This document shows, one piece after another, positions 12,580-25,080 of a DNA stretch of 34,937 nucleotides. The stretch is taken from the NCBI GenBank assembly GCA_051453625.1, contig JBOZIK010000001.1:27105884-27140820 (forward strand), read 5' to 3'. The position numbers were made by a program, and so were the translations under genes. Below the pieces are notes generated by a model. That model searched no databases, was not told the origin of the DNA, and saw only the letters and a list, made by a program, of their open reading frames with translations. The DNA comes from Welwitschia mirabilis. Taxonomy: Eukaryota. Every line of letters begins with the position of its first letter. Position 1 is the stretch's first letter.

Positions 12580-15500
12580 AATCTATTTTCTTGAAATGTT
12601 AGAGAGGTTATCTAACCCTCTAACCCAAATTTTGAATTAAAATGTTATTGATAGCTCTTCACTTTCTTTTGATATAATTTGTTTATAAGAAGTTAAGATT
12701 TGCAGAAATCTTCTGCATTTTGCCTATAATTGCATTGCTCCTTGATATATGATCTTGTCTAAATCCCATTCCTAAGGCTATGGTGGTTTTGTCCTTCTTG
12801 TTCATCCATCATGAACTTCTTCAATTTTAGATTATAATCCTATTAATGATAATGCAGTAATAAGACTTTGACTTAACTGACAAAATTTTATTTTTGGCCT
12901 TATTTCTATTTATGCTCTAATAGTTCAAAAGATATGGAGCTTCTTTAGAAGAATTTACATAGTTTACCAAATGCTGTTTGGTTTCTTGTTGGTAATTTGA
13001 ACATGGTTACTTCGTCCAGATATAAAGTAGGAGATCTTCCTTCTTTTTAAATGCTTTAAAGTAGTTAGCTTAAAATGATCTCATTATCTACTTTTATTTA
13101 TATGATCCTATGAATCTTATTGGAAGGACTTTTCCTTATGTTTTAACTTGATCCAATAGGTGGATGGGAAATAATCTAGTACTAAACATTTAGACAGGGT
13201 TTATCTTTCTCAAAATAATCATGTTTAGTTTAGCAATATTGATGATTATCTTGTGCATACCATTGTCTCTATAAATGTTTGAGATCATTTTTCCATTATC
13301 ACTAAACTTACAAAGTGTAAAGCTACTCCTACTAGAGTCTCAAGTTTCATTCTTAATATTATTTTTTTCATTATTACTCCATTAAGTCTATGATTCATTA
13401 CCTTCAGTCCATGATTGGCTTATCGAATAATGGTATGAATTGGCTCTCTTGATGGAGAAGGAGTTGCTATCGTACTTTAATTTCAATGGGGGAACTTGGT
13501 AGATTGACAAGCAATCACTTTAAATAAGAGGCTCTTACTTGATCTAAGGAAGATAAATCCATCATTTCAACTTTAGAAAAGGATCTTTTTAATGCTAATC
13601 TTCAAGAGTCTAATCTATCAACCAGAATTCAATACATGGAAGTTCAATGGGCTCTCAATCATTACTTTCATTCTTGATTGCATTAGATTCAAGATAGCGA
13701 TAAGCCTTTAAATACTAGTCCTCTCAATTAATATAATGGAGAAAAATTCGCAAATCCTTCGAGGTATCTATTCTCAGGAATTTATGAAACTTTTTAGTTA
13801 TGAGCCTAATTTTGATAATAAAAATTATGCTTAAAAAATATTAAATATTTTATCCCTAGTATTATACTAAATAATATGGTCTTCCTTCTTGAACAACCTC
13901 TTTTATTTGATAAAATTACTATTGCTATGAAGGAAATGAAAGATGGTAAGGCTCCTACCCCTCATGGTCCTCCAGTTAAGTTTTATAAGAATTTATGCAA
14001 TGTGATTAAAGCTTATTTTTACGAGTTCTATTAAATATATTTAGCCTCTAAATTTTTTATTAGATTTATTAGTACTAGTTTAATCAAGGTCATTCCAAAA
14101 GGCAAGGATGAATATCAAACTACCAATTGATGTCTAATTACTCTATTTAATACCTCATATAAGATTATTGTTAAAGCCTTAACCAATAGGTTGAATAAGT
14201 ATGTTCTTTCTAAGATTATCCACTTAGAGAAAACTACCTTCATCCATGGTTATTATATTTTAAATAATATAATGGGTCTTACTCAAGCTTATAAATGGGG
14301 ATCTAAACTTAGTCAAGATTTAAGTTTCTTAAAGATTGATTACTCTAAATCCTATGATTGAATCTCCTTGAATTTCATCTTGAAGATGTGACAAAAAATC
14401 AACTTCAAATATGGATTTTTACAACACATAAAGATGATTTTCTCTGATGCCTTTGCTAAAATTCAATATTAATGGATTTTTCTATGCTTATTTTCAACTA
14501 AAGAAATGAGTTCATCAATTTTTTTTCTTAGATCCTTACTTGTTCACATTTTTGTTGATGCTTTAAATCATCTCATTGAGTCTCATTTGCAATCAGGAGT
14601 ACTTCATGAACTAGAACTTCCTCATCACTCTAGTTAATTCTATAATGCTTACTCTACTTAGGATTCTTTCTTTCTAATTTACAATGTTTCATTAAATATT
14701 AAAGTTTTGCTTTTGTGCTTAAAGATTTACTCCCAATATTTTATTTATTTTATTTATCGAGAAAAGTTTGCATTTTTCCGCTAGGTTTCTCTTTAATTAC
14801 CATGCTTATTTTGGTCACATCATCTAGCCAAGTAAAGTTTTTAAGATTCTTAGTATGCCATTTGGTTTTTAGATATCTCTTACCTAGCTTTGGTCCTCGA
14901 TTATAAAAAAATTCAATAGAAAATTAAAAAATGGCTTTCTAGAGGTTTTTCTCTACTTGAAAAAAATATTATTTGCAATCGAATGCTTGCAACCATTCAT
15001 GTTTATTGTTCTACCTATCTTGCTCCCTTTAAACATTCTTATAATAAGGTTTTGAAAATTTTAAGTAACTTTCTTTAGTACCCTAAAGATTCCAATCATA
15101 GAGGTTTTATTAGAGTTACTTGTGATGTTTACACTCATCTTAAAGATCTTGGAGGATTAGGCATGGAAAATATTTTTATCAAGGTAAATTTTATAGCTCA
15201 TTGGCCTGTTGAAGCTATTGATGGACATGTGTACTAGAAGGTTATTATTAGGAACTCCATTTAATATGCCCTTTCTCTTGGTAGGAAATCTTGACCATTC
15301 ATCTCTCCTTAGTAGATTCTTTTCTCACCTGTCCATATACAATTATGCTATTCCATTCTTCTTAATGCTATTTGGAACTCTTGGCTTATTCTTAAAATTC
15401 TACTTCAAGATGCTGGTATTCTTTTTCACTGGAATACCTCCCTTTATGGTCCTTTTAGCTCAATGATTTAAAGGACACTATCATAGAGAAATGTGACTTT

Positions 15501-16250
15501 ATTACTCTTTTTTTATGTCCGAAAGGGATGATAGAGATTAAAGATGTCTAATGTCATAATTCTAGTTCTTGACACACTTGGACTCAATCAAAGTAATGGT
15601 TTCATTTCTTTAGTAATAAGAGATATGCCTACCACATTTAGTACATATAACTTACTTTCCTTCATATTCCTTCAATTTCTTAAGATGATTATGATCTTTA
15701 AAATTAGAAGAATGGTTATAATTATAGGCATATAAAGGCTAAATCCATGAATAAATTATGATATGATCCTTATCCAATTTCTAAGAAGATAAATAAAATT
15801 TGACATACATAACTCTTAGAGGAATCTTGGTAGAATTTGTATGTCTACAATGGGAAACTTCTTATTTCTTCTAAATTTAAATTTTTGGTTAGTTTCTTCT
15901 CCAAAGAGTTTTTCTCTTAGTAATTAAATTATTTATTTTTAAGGCTTTATGCTCCTTTTTCTACATTACGATGATAAAGAATTCCTTGAACACATCTTTT
16001 TTCTTATCAGGTAGCTTCTTCTTCTTGGATATTGGCTAGTCACCCTTTGGGATGGCATTCATTTTATAATATCTCTCCTTCATGGGAATTAATGAGCTTA
16101 ACAATCCTCTAAAATGATGGAAATAATCTTATTTATGATGCAATATCTTATTTGAACTATGAGAGCTTTAGAATAAAGACATGTTTAATAATGAATTATT
16201 CAGTTCTTTTCCTTTCTCTTATAATTATTCTATTACTCAGAGTGTTAATC
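12580..16250 (+). pseudogene. LINE ORF2 relic (AP endonuclease + reverse transcriptase + C-terminal region)
   Basis: S*NVR (12589), DIICL*EVK (~12671), SIYA, VGNLNMV (~12988), LDRVY (~13189), *DH (~13280), GKAPTPHG (13945), IPK..LITLFNTSYKIIVKALTNR (~14092-14190), FLKIDYSKSYD* (14326), KDLGGLG (~15142). Confidence 0.85.
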
Positions 16251-16344
16251 TTTAAATTTTATATGGGTTACCTTCTCTTTATTCTAAGATTTCTATTTGG
16301 AGCTCTACTCTAATTTGATATCCACATTAAATAGTTGTGTAATA

Positions 16345-16912
16345 TCTTTTTTTTTTAATTTGTAATGTGCATCTCCCTTATGGACTATGTTGCTTCTAAT
16401 TCTATGATAGCTTTATGATAATATAGATCATAAGGGTAACATTTTTTAAGGTTGAATTATTAGTTTAGCTGAATTGCATTTCATTTACTAGACTAAATTT
16501 GCGTTATTTTATATTTTATTCGATATATTCATTAGCTTAGGTTAATCTTGGTCTAGTGAAGACTTTCTTAGATTGATCAAGGTTATATAAGACTAATCTT
16601 TATAATAGATTGATTTGGTAATTAAATGGAAGTTGCATTTAGAATATGACTTGCATTTTATTTAAATAGTGTATTCATTTGTATTGTTATTTTTGCATTA
16701 TTATTTTATTCTACTTTAAGGTTACATAAGTGTTTTATTGTCAAAATCAGTTTTCTTTCTTCCCTATTATGCCTTTAATGGGATTATGACATTTGAGTCA
16801 CTCCCATATATATCAAAGCATTGTTTTGTATAAAATATAAAAATATATATATGTTTATGATTTACAAGATTTATTTAAGGGTGTAACATCTACACAAATA
16901 TGCACTATAACA
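16345..16912 (+). repeat. 3' portion of the 5' LTR of the Athila-like element
   Basis: Ends ...ataaCA immediately before the PBS. Aligns with the reverse complement of 30313-30860 (e.g. ttatgcctttaatgggattatgacatttgag vs ttatgcctttagtgggctatgacatttggg; tagatcataagggtaacatt vs tagatcataagagtaacatt). Confidence 0.8.
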
Positions 16913-16933
16913 TTTTGACACCATTGTCAGGGA
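16913..16933 (+). other. Primer binding site (tRNA-Asp, Athila-type), deaminated
   Basis: TTTTGACACCATTGTCAGGGA vs Athila consensus TTTTGGCGCCGTTGCCGGGGA; all 5 differences are G>A or C>T. Confidence 0.85.
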
Positions 16934-17779
16934 AGGCTGCTTGGAGTTTAAGGATTTTTCTTTTTCAGGTAAGTGCTTTGGATTTTGGTTTAGGTATTTG
17001 TCTATAGTAGTATTGTACTCATATAGTAGATATATAGGTTTTCCTTTTTACAATTTTCATTTTACATTCTAAAAATAATGCCCTATTTTCCGCATTATTA
17101 TCCAGGTAATGCACATTAACGACATCCTATGAGACTTAGGATTTTGATTTTTCTTAAGAACTAGTATTTTCTTGTTATCCCTTTTATTATCCAAATGACT
17201 TAGTAGATGACTATCATTTTTCATTTTATTTTATTTTGTGATTTTATTTTTTTTCATTTTTTATTTTTGGGTTTTTTTTGTCTACTATCATGTAGGTACA
17301 TCATTCGACTAACTACTAAGATGACACTTACAAAATAGAACTAAGCATGTTGGGACATGAAAAACTCTACTAAAAAGGTAAAATATCAGACAGAGTGATT
17401 ATTGATTGAAGAAAACATCTAAAACGATTTGATCGACTATGAAATAAACTCAAGTATCAAGTATGCATACCCTAATTATGCAAAATATTTTAAGAATTAA
17501 AAAAGAGGATTTTCAACATTTATTATTTCTTAATCATATTTTTCAAAAAAAAACAAATTCAAAAGATAGTTTAGAAGAAAATCATTCTATTACAATGTCA
17601 AATACATTACAAAAATAGAAACATGTTACTTTGTCTAATTCTCCTATTATGATTGGAATCTCTACTATCCCCATAAATCCAAATGCTAATGTTACCCTTA
17701 AAGAACTAATTGCAAATAAGAAATGTGAAATTTAAAACCCTTTTGACCTACCTCTTGGTGATGATGTTGAGTTAAGAAA

Positions 17780-18660
17780 TTTAAACAATTATCCTATTTT
17801 TTAAAGAAAATGGTAAATATCCCCTTCAACATATAGTTGACATCGAATAATTAGTGCTTATTTCTAGAAATAGTAAAAAAATAAATTAGTGATCATACTT
17901 ACATGGTTATTTTTTCCATCACTTTAAAATAAAAAGCTAAATTATAGTTAAGAACTATTTCACAAAAAGCTTAAAAATGTGGAACTAAGTTCAAGAAGCA
18001 TTTATAAATAGATTTACGAGTAAAACAATCATAAGACAAAGAAAGAAAGAAGTAACAAGTTTCCAACAATAGCCTAGCAAAGATTACAACTCCACTTCTG
18101 AATGTTTTTTCATTGCTATACATTCGAATCCTATAGATGCCTTTATCTAAGAATAATTAGTAAACTATTTTTGTAATGGATTTAGTAGCCAAATCAAACA
18201 AATTATAGATTTTTCATGTGAAGGAAATTTACTGAATCTTAGACTGCATGGAGATTATTGGAAGAACTTGTTAAAGTAAGTCAAACTTGGCCTAAACCAA
18301 TACTTTAAAAAATCATACTATTGGCTAAATTATCAAAGATCTTAAAGTAGTAAAAAATGAAAAGGAGGAAGTAAAAAAAAGAAAAATAACCAATGAATAT
18401 CATTAAGGGTTTTATAGAAACCCTACAAAAATATACTCAAATGATCTTAGATGTAAAGGTGACAACTAAAAAGAGTGTGGCTATGATTCCAACTTGTGTT
18501 GTGTGTGAAGATAACTATCATGTAACAAACGAGTGTCATTTATTACCTTCTTGTAAGGAAAATATTTATGAAGAGCTATGTGAATTTAACCAAAAGTCTT
18601 TAATAGAGCATAAAATCAAAACCAAAATTAAAATCAAATCCAATTTCAATTTAGGATGAA
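17780..18660 (+). pseudogene. gag relic with CX2CX4HX4C zinc knuckle
   Basis: FP/TL..KAK, WN*VQEAFINRF (~17980); CVVCEDNYHVTNEC at 18495-18536. Confidence 0.75.
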
Positions 18661-19049
18661 TGGATAATTAAATTTTCAATCAGTTCAAAAAAAATTAAAG
18701 AGTTTTAAGTAAATCATTCAAATTTTCAACCATTTAGAAATATAATCAGGAATGATAACTTTCAAATAAATAACTTAAACTTTCAACCAAGCAACTCAAG
18801 TTATCAAACAATCATATCAAACTCATAAAACCAAATGATCCAGTTAGAAAGTATATTAATGAGTTAATAAAATATCAAGAGAAGACAACTTCAAAGATTA
18901 AAAACCTTATTAATGATCTTCTATAAACTATGCTTACTAATCAAATACCACAAGAATTACTTGCAATAAAACCTTTTCCAAATCCTAATAAAGTAAGAAA
19001 AGACTGTAATGTTATGATAATAGTGGAAACAATACAACAACTTCTACCC

Positions 19050-19149
19050 NNNNNNNNNNNNNNNNNNNNNNNNNNNNNNNNNNNNNNNNNNNNNNNNNNN
19101 NNNNNNNNNNNNNNNNNNNNNNNNNNNNNNNNNNNNNNNNNNNNNNNNN
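19050..19149. other. 100-N assembly gap with 81-bp duplicated flanks
   Basis: 18969-19049 equals 19150-19230 except one base (19021 t vs 19202 a). Confidence 0.9.
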
Positions 19150-19599
19150 AAACCTTTTCCAAATCCTAATAAAGTAAGAAAAGACTGTAATGTTATGATA
19201 AAAGTGGAAACAATACAACAACTTCTACCCATGAGGCTTCAACATCCCAAAATAATAAGAAGTAGAAGAAGGAAAGGATATTGAAATATTAAAAAATTAT
19301 ACTTTTTCTTATCCTTTAAATCATAATAAGAAAAATTCTTCTCAAGTTAAAGGTAAGAAATCTACTATCCCTTAGCTTGATAGACTAAATACTAATCCTA
19401 CTTTTGATGAGCATCTTAAACACTTAATACAAAATGTAACCATAAATTTATCATTTTGGAATTTTTGAAAGAGAATTCTAAATATTCTAAGTTGTAGAAA
19501 GATCTAATTAGGAGAAAATAAAAATAAACTATAACAACTAAAGTCTTTTTAGCCCATTTTATAATTAGCTTAGTTTTACAAAAAAGGTCTAAAATTTCA

Positions 19600-21810
19600 A
19601 GATCTAAGAGCAGCAACAATTAGTGTTACATTAGAAGGTAATAAAAGCACAAAGAAAGCCTTAATCAATATAGGAGCAAGTGTAAATATTATGCCTTTAC
19701 ACATTTATCAATAACTTGGTTTGGAAAGCGGAATTAAGCTTACATGAACTATCTTAGAATTGGCAGATATGTTAGTGAAGGAATATTTAAGAGTAAGTAA
19801 AGATTTGGTAATTTAAAGTAAAGAAGGATTCTATCCAATATATGTGGTTGTGATCGAAGTTGAGCATAATGGAGTTATCTAATACTTTTAAGTAAAGCTT
19901 TTTATGCAACATTTTATTATATTATTGATACTGGAACTGGAATGATGGAATCTTACTTAGGGAATAAAAAGTTTACCATTAGAGTTTTTGATGATGCTAA
20001 AAAGGATTTATGTGATGAGTTGAATATTGAAGAAGAAATTAAACCAACTCTATTTTTACAGCATTGTCCACTTAAATGAAGATGGTTAATTCTTTATGAA
20101 CCTATCTTCTTTGATAATCCAATTGACATAAAAAACTTGAAAGCTTTTGATGATGGCCAACTCAACTACAAGCATTTAGAAAATGAATGTTTTGTTCAGG
20201 AGACCAAAGAAGCTAAAACTATAATCTCTAAAGAAGTTTAACATCTAAAAACAACTAATATTTCTTATTTTGAGGGAGGTCATTCACCCTAGTCATCTAG
20301 ATAACAGTCTAAGAAGATAGTTAATTCTAAGAAAAAATTAATAGAAAAAATATGAATCTAAATTTTAAACATTTACCTATTAAACTAAAATATATATTTC
20401 TATGTGACGATTAGAATAAATCTTTTATAATAAACATGAATCTATCTCCTCAATGAGAATCAATCTTAATCTCACTTTTGAATTCTAAGATTAATGCATT
20501 TTCTTGGTTTCATAAAGATTTAATAGTCATTCTTACTTTCATTATTTAATACAAAATCTACCTTGAAGATAATGCAAAACCTATTAGGCAAGCTTAACAT
20601 AGACTAAATCTGGTCCTTAAATAAGTCATAAAGGATAAAATTATCAAACTAATGGATGCTAGAATTATGTCTACCATATCTGATAGTGATTGAATTAGTC
20701 CTTTCTTAATAGTACTTAATAAGGATTAGAAGTAAAGAATGTGTATTAATTTTAGAAATTTAAATGAAGTAACCAAGAAAGACAATTGTCCTTTATCTTT
20801 TATTAACTAGATACTTGATAGAATATCAGGACATGCTTTTTATTACTTTCTTGATGAGTATAGTGGTTATAATTAGGATTGTATCATTAGTGAGAATCAA
20901 GCTAAAATAAATTTTACTTCATCTTTTAGAACTTTTACCTTTAGACACATACCTTTTAGAATTTTTAATGCTCTTAGTACTTTTTAACATGTGTGGGTAT
21001 CTTTTTTACTATGTTATAGGATGTAGTTAAAATTTCTATGGATGATTTCTCAACCTATGATAAAAAGTTTGAACAAATCATAGATAGTTAGAGAAAATTA
21101 TTGATAGATGAATTAAGAGTGGCCTAAATTTTAGTTGGGAGAAGAGTTTTATTTAGTTGATAATGGAATTAACTTAAGTCATCACATTTCTAATAAAGGA
21201 ATTAGAGTGAACCCTACAAACATAAGTATCATTAAAAACCTAAATCCTCCAACAAATGTAAAACAAGTTTAATCTTTTCTTAGTTACTATAGTTTTTATT
21301 GTCACTTTATTTAGGATTATGCTAAAATTTAAAAACCACTTCACTTATTACTTGGAAAAAAAATTCTAAATTTGATTAGAATGAATCTTCCCAGATTGAT
21401 TTTAAAACACTTAAAGATAAAATCTCTTTTGCACCTATTATAATGGGACTTAATTGAAATAAAGATATTAAATTAATGTGAGATGCTTGTAATATTTTGT
21501 GGATGGGGTTCTTGAATAGAAATATGAAAATTATTTTAAGGTTATATCTTATCATTGTAAAACTTTATCTAAAGCTCAAATGAAATATAATACTCTTGAG
21601 AAAGAAATTTTGACAATAATCTTTTGCCTTGATATGTTTAGATACTATCTTTTGGCTTTTATATGAATGTTTATATAAACTATGTAGCTATTAGATACCT
21701 CATTATCGAGAAAGATTCTAGTGTTAGACCCATTAGATGGATCCTCGTCATGTAAGAATTTAATTTGACCATCATTGATAAAGTAGGGAAGCATAATAGT
21801 GTAGTGAATT
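19600..21810 (+). pseudogene. pol relic: aspartic protease, RT, RNase H
   Basis: KALINIGASVNIMP (19655; catalytic D>N), KIYLEDNAKPIRQA*HRLN (~20554), ISDSD*ISP, RMCINFRNLN (~20736), FLDEYSGYN*, MDDF (~21038), M*DA, YNTLEKEIL, PIRWIL, DKVGKHNSVVN (~21777-21809). Confidence 0.9.
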
Positions 21811-22910
21811 CTATGATGTCACTTGATCATCTTTTAAACTTGACTTATGTTTTTACTTTATGAAGTTTCCATAACTAGTATTTGTAGTTTTGCATTTTTA
21901 TAGTAATAAGATTGGATTCATCCAATATTAAGCCATTTACATGTCTATAAACTCCATTTTAAAGGAATATTCCTTAGTTCTTGTGCTTTTTTCTTAATGG
22001 TATGAGGTCTTTAATTATTTAGGCGTGTTCTTTTCCATCTTTTATCTTACTTATTCACCTTTGTCTTTTTGAGTATGTGATTATGTAAAAATTATTCGAG
22101 GGAAAAAAATAATAGTTATAATAAATTGTATCGATGCTAAAACACATAGTCGCCATCATGTCCTACCATACCAAGGTAAATTTTTCCAAAATGAACCTTT
22201 GGCAGTGTTGGTAGCTATAGAAACTTTACTAGGGAATCAATTGGTCATGCTTTATATGTCCTTACTTCTCTACCTATCACTACAATACCCTCACCATGAA
22301 AAATAGTAATAAAACTTTGAGGCTATATGATCAATGGTGTTCTTAGTGTCATCAAAGGCATTACTTATTTTCTACACTCTTAGTATTCCCATATAATCAT
22401 TTTACTTTTGATGATTTGAGTGTATTTTGGAATGTGATTGACTGAGTTCATTTTTGAGGAGCTTTTGATTTTATCATTCATTATTTTAAGAACTTAATCT
22501 TTAGTGTCATTATAATTATTACTTTTTTGAGTGAAAGTTTATGGAGTCGATATGTTTTATCATGCATTTCTACTTAGGTGGTTTTTTGAGGTCTTTCACG
22601 GGGGTTGCTAGGTTAGAATTAAAGGTAGATAAGCTATTTTATTCATGTTTCTTATGTTTATTTTTGTTTTGCTTTTCTTTGATTCTTTATTTTATTATTT
22701 CAAAGTCATTTTAATACTTTTTCATCCTCATATTCAACCTTATCATTTAGTAGTTCTCTATTATTATTCATGTCATATCTATCAATAATAAGTTGATTTT
22801 TTTAGCAATTTTAATTAGATAATCATATCTTAATATTTACGACTTTTTTAAGGTTCCTTTAAGTCTTTTAAAGTTCTACATGTTTTTAGTATTATTTTTA
22901 AATTTGAACA

Positions 22911-23168
22911 NNNNNNNNNNNNNNNNNNNNNNNNNNNNNNNNNNNNNNNNNNNNNNNNNNNNNNNNNNNNNNNNNNNNNNNNNNNNNNNNNNNNNNNNNN
23001 NNNNNNNNNNNNNNNNNNNNNNNNNNNNNNNNNNNNNNNNNNNNNNNNNNNNNNNNNNNNNNNNNNNNNNNNNNNNNNNNNNNNNNNNNNNNNNNNNNNN
23101 NNNNNNNNNNNNNNNNNNNNNNNNNNNNNNNNNNNNNNNNNNNNNNNNNNNNNNNNNNNNNNNNNNNN
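22911..23168. other. Assembly gap (N run)
   Basis: Run of N. Confidence 0.99.
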
Positions 23169-24089
23169 AAGACACTAGATTTTTTTCTTATAGTTGTCTT
23201 GGGGCTATTGTTCCGATGATGCAACTAAATGATAGTGTGATAAAACCATGGCTTGACTTCTTTTCCTTCATTTTTCTTTTATTTTCTGTTGTTTTCACTT
23301 ATTCTCTTGAGAGACAATAGTGCCCCTGATTCCTATCAATATTCTAAAACTTGTCCCACTTAAATTTTGCCCCAGATTTTCAGAATATAGTAGATTTTTT
23401 AAAATAGATATTCTTTTATATCCCTCATTTTTTAAATTTTTCTATAATTTTTAAGCATTTTAGCATGTAGTTTCTATGTATATTGTCCAATTTTTCATTC
23501 TCTTTAATTTGGAACTTATAGAATTGATTTTTACTATGTATTTTGTGAGTTATGATGAATTATGTGCTTTACAAGGTAGAATTAGATTTTTAACTTTAAA
23601 ACTCATTTTCTCAAAAATCATAAGTTGAAATGTAGTAGTCCTTTAGGAAAAATTGATTAATAAAATGTGCTCTATATTTCTTAAAAATTAGATTTTTCAT
23701 TTGATCACTTCAATTTTTCACCTTATGTGAGGTAACCTAATTTACACTTTTTAACATTTTTGCATGTTTTATATTTCTCTTCACATAATTAGGTAGTATG
23801 AGATGTATTGATACTTTTTAAAGGGGAAGAACATATTTTTTATGACACATCTCATATTTATTACTGAGTAGGCCATGCACATGTAGAGCTAGACGAGATG
23901 ATGTAGAGGCCAAGGTTATTAAGTAGGAGGCAGATCCATTACTAGCACCAAAGGTTGAGGGAGTGGAGCTAGTCCACTCTTCATCTTGTCACGATAATGC
24001 CAAAATTAACATCATAAATGTAATAAACTGATTCATATCATTTTTTAATAATAACCATTCTATGATGTAGATAATATTCAATTTTACCA

Positions 24090-25080
24090 TTGGATGGCTT
24101 ATGGATTCTCTTACCAAAGGCCTAGAGCACTCTTATCTAATCATAATGTTGTATGTTTCAATATTAAAATGAATTCTATGATAAATCATGAGGCATCTCA
24201 CATAATTAATTTTTTTTGGATGTGGTAATTGTACTTTTAGATAAGTCTAGCAACTTAAAATTTTAATTTTAAATTTGACATCCTCTTAATGTCTTCCATC
24301 ATATATTGGACTAGTGTACAATAATATTTACATGATGTTAATATCCCTTTATTATTAAAACCTAGTATTATTTATATTTAAAACACAATTAAAAGGATAA
24401 TAAGAACTCCCAAAGCATAAAAAAAGAACACAATTCTTTTAGTCCTCAAATGAAGAAGACGATTGCTCAAAGACTTTCTATCAAAAGATAATAATATAGT
24501 AAAATTTTTATATTCATAGAGATAGAGTAAATTTTTTAGATTCATATAGAAAAAGACCACTTATAATACTATAAATGAATTTCATTTTTTTTTTGAAATA
24601 TAGCCTTCATATTGAATCATATCTTTTCTAAGTACTTAACCCCATAATGGTTTCTTTATATCATCATCATGTAGGAAATATCATAAAATCATTAGTATAA
24701 AGTAAATCTTTTCTCTTAATGAAATTGTATTAATATGAATATCATATCAATAAGAATCCCTTTCTAGTAGCTATGTTACATTTAATGTTTACTTTGATAA
24801 AAAATACTTAAGAATTAATACTGTTTAATGTGATATTTGATCTTAACATTATGAACTTTTCATAATAACATCTTACACCTATTCATACTCTAAATTTATA
24901 CCATATAATTAAATAATTTATTTTGTCTTATGGATGATGAATAAACATTAATCATTCTATGTCCAATTTACCAAATTATTATTAACTTTATTTTTAAAGA
25001 TATTGTTGATTATTGAACATAAATTGAATGCTTTATCATTGACTAGATGTGCTAATCATTCATTAATATATGTAATGATA
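24090..25080 (-). repeat. Copy C of the unidentified dispersed repeat
   Basis: Collinear ~1-kb similarity to 10460-11345 (tgtggtaattgtacttt, aatttgac, atttaaaaca, agactttctatcaaaagataat, ctttctagtagcta, tgaacttttca, tgttgattattga). Confidence 0.75.

Larger units (their letters stand above)
11450..16340 (+). mobile_element. Degenerate, near full-length L1-clade LINE retrotransposon
   Basis: ORF1 and ORF2 motifs occur in the expected order (see sub-features). Many stops and frameshifts. Ends approximate. Confidence 0.88.
16345..22910 (+). mobile_element. Athila-like Ty3/gypsy retrotransposon, degenerate, integrase deleted
   Basis: 5'-truncated LTR, tRNA-Asp PBS, gag with CCHC knuckle, protease, RT and RNase H, then directly a long 3' non-coding region homologous to ~32900-33330 on the minus strand. 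May continue beyond the gap. Confidence 0.85.

Noticed and set aside
18969..19230. 81-bp direct repeat as a biological repeat or CRISPR-like unit
   Set aside because: It flanks a 100-N placeholder gap with one mismatch, typical of an unmerged (possibly allelic) contig overlap.
23920..23931. taagtaggaggc as the PPT of the plus-strand Athila copy
   Set aside because: Matches the sister PPT over 12 nt but is not followed by TGTTG or any LTR homology.
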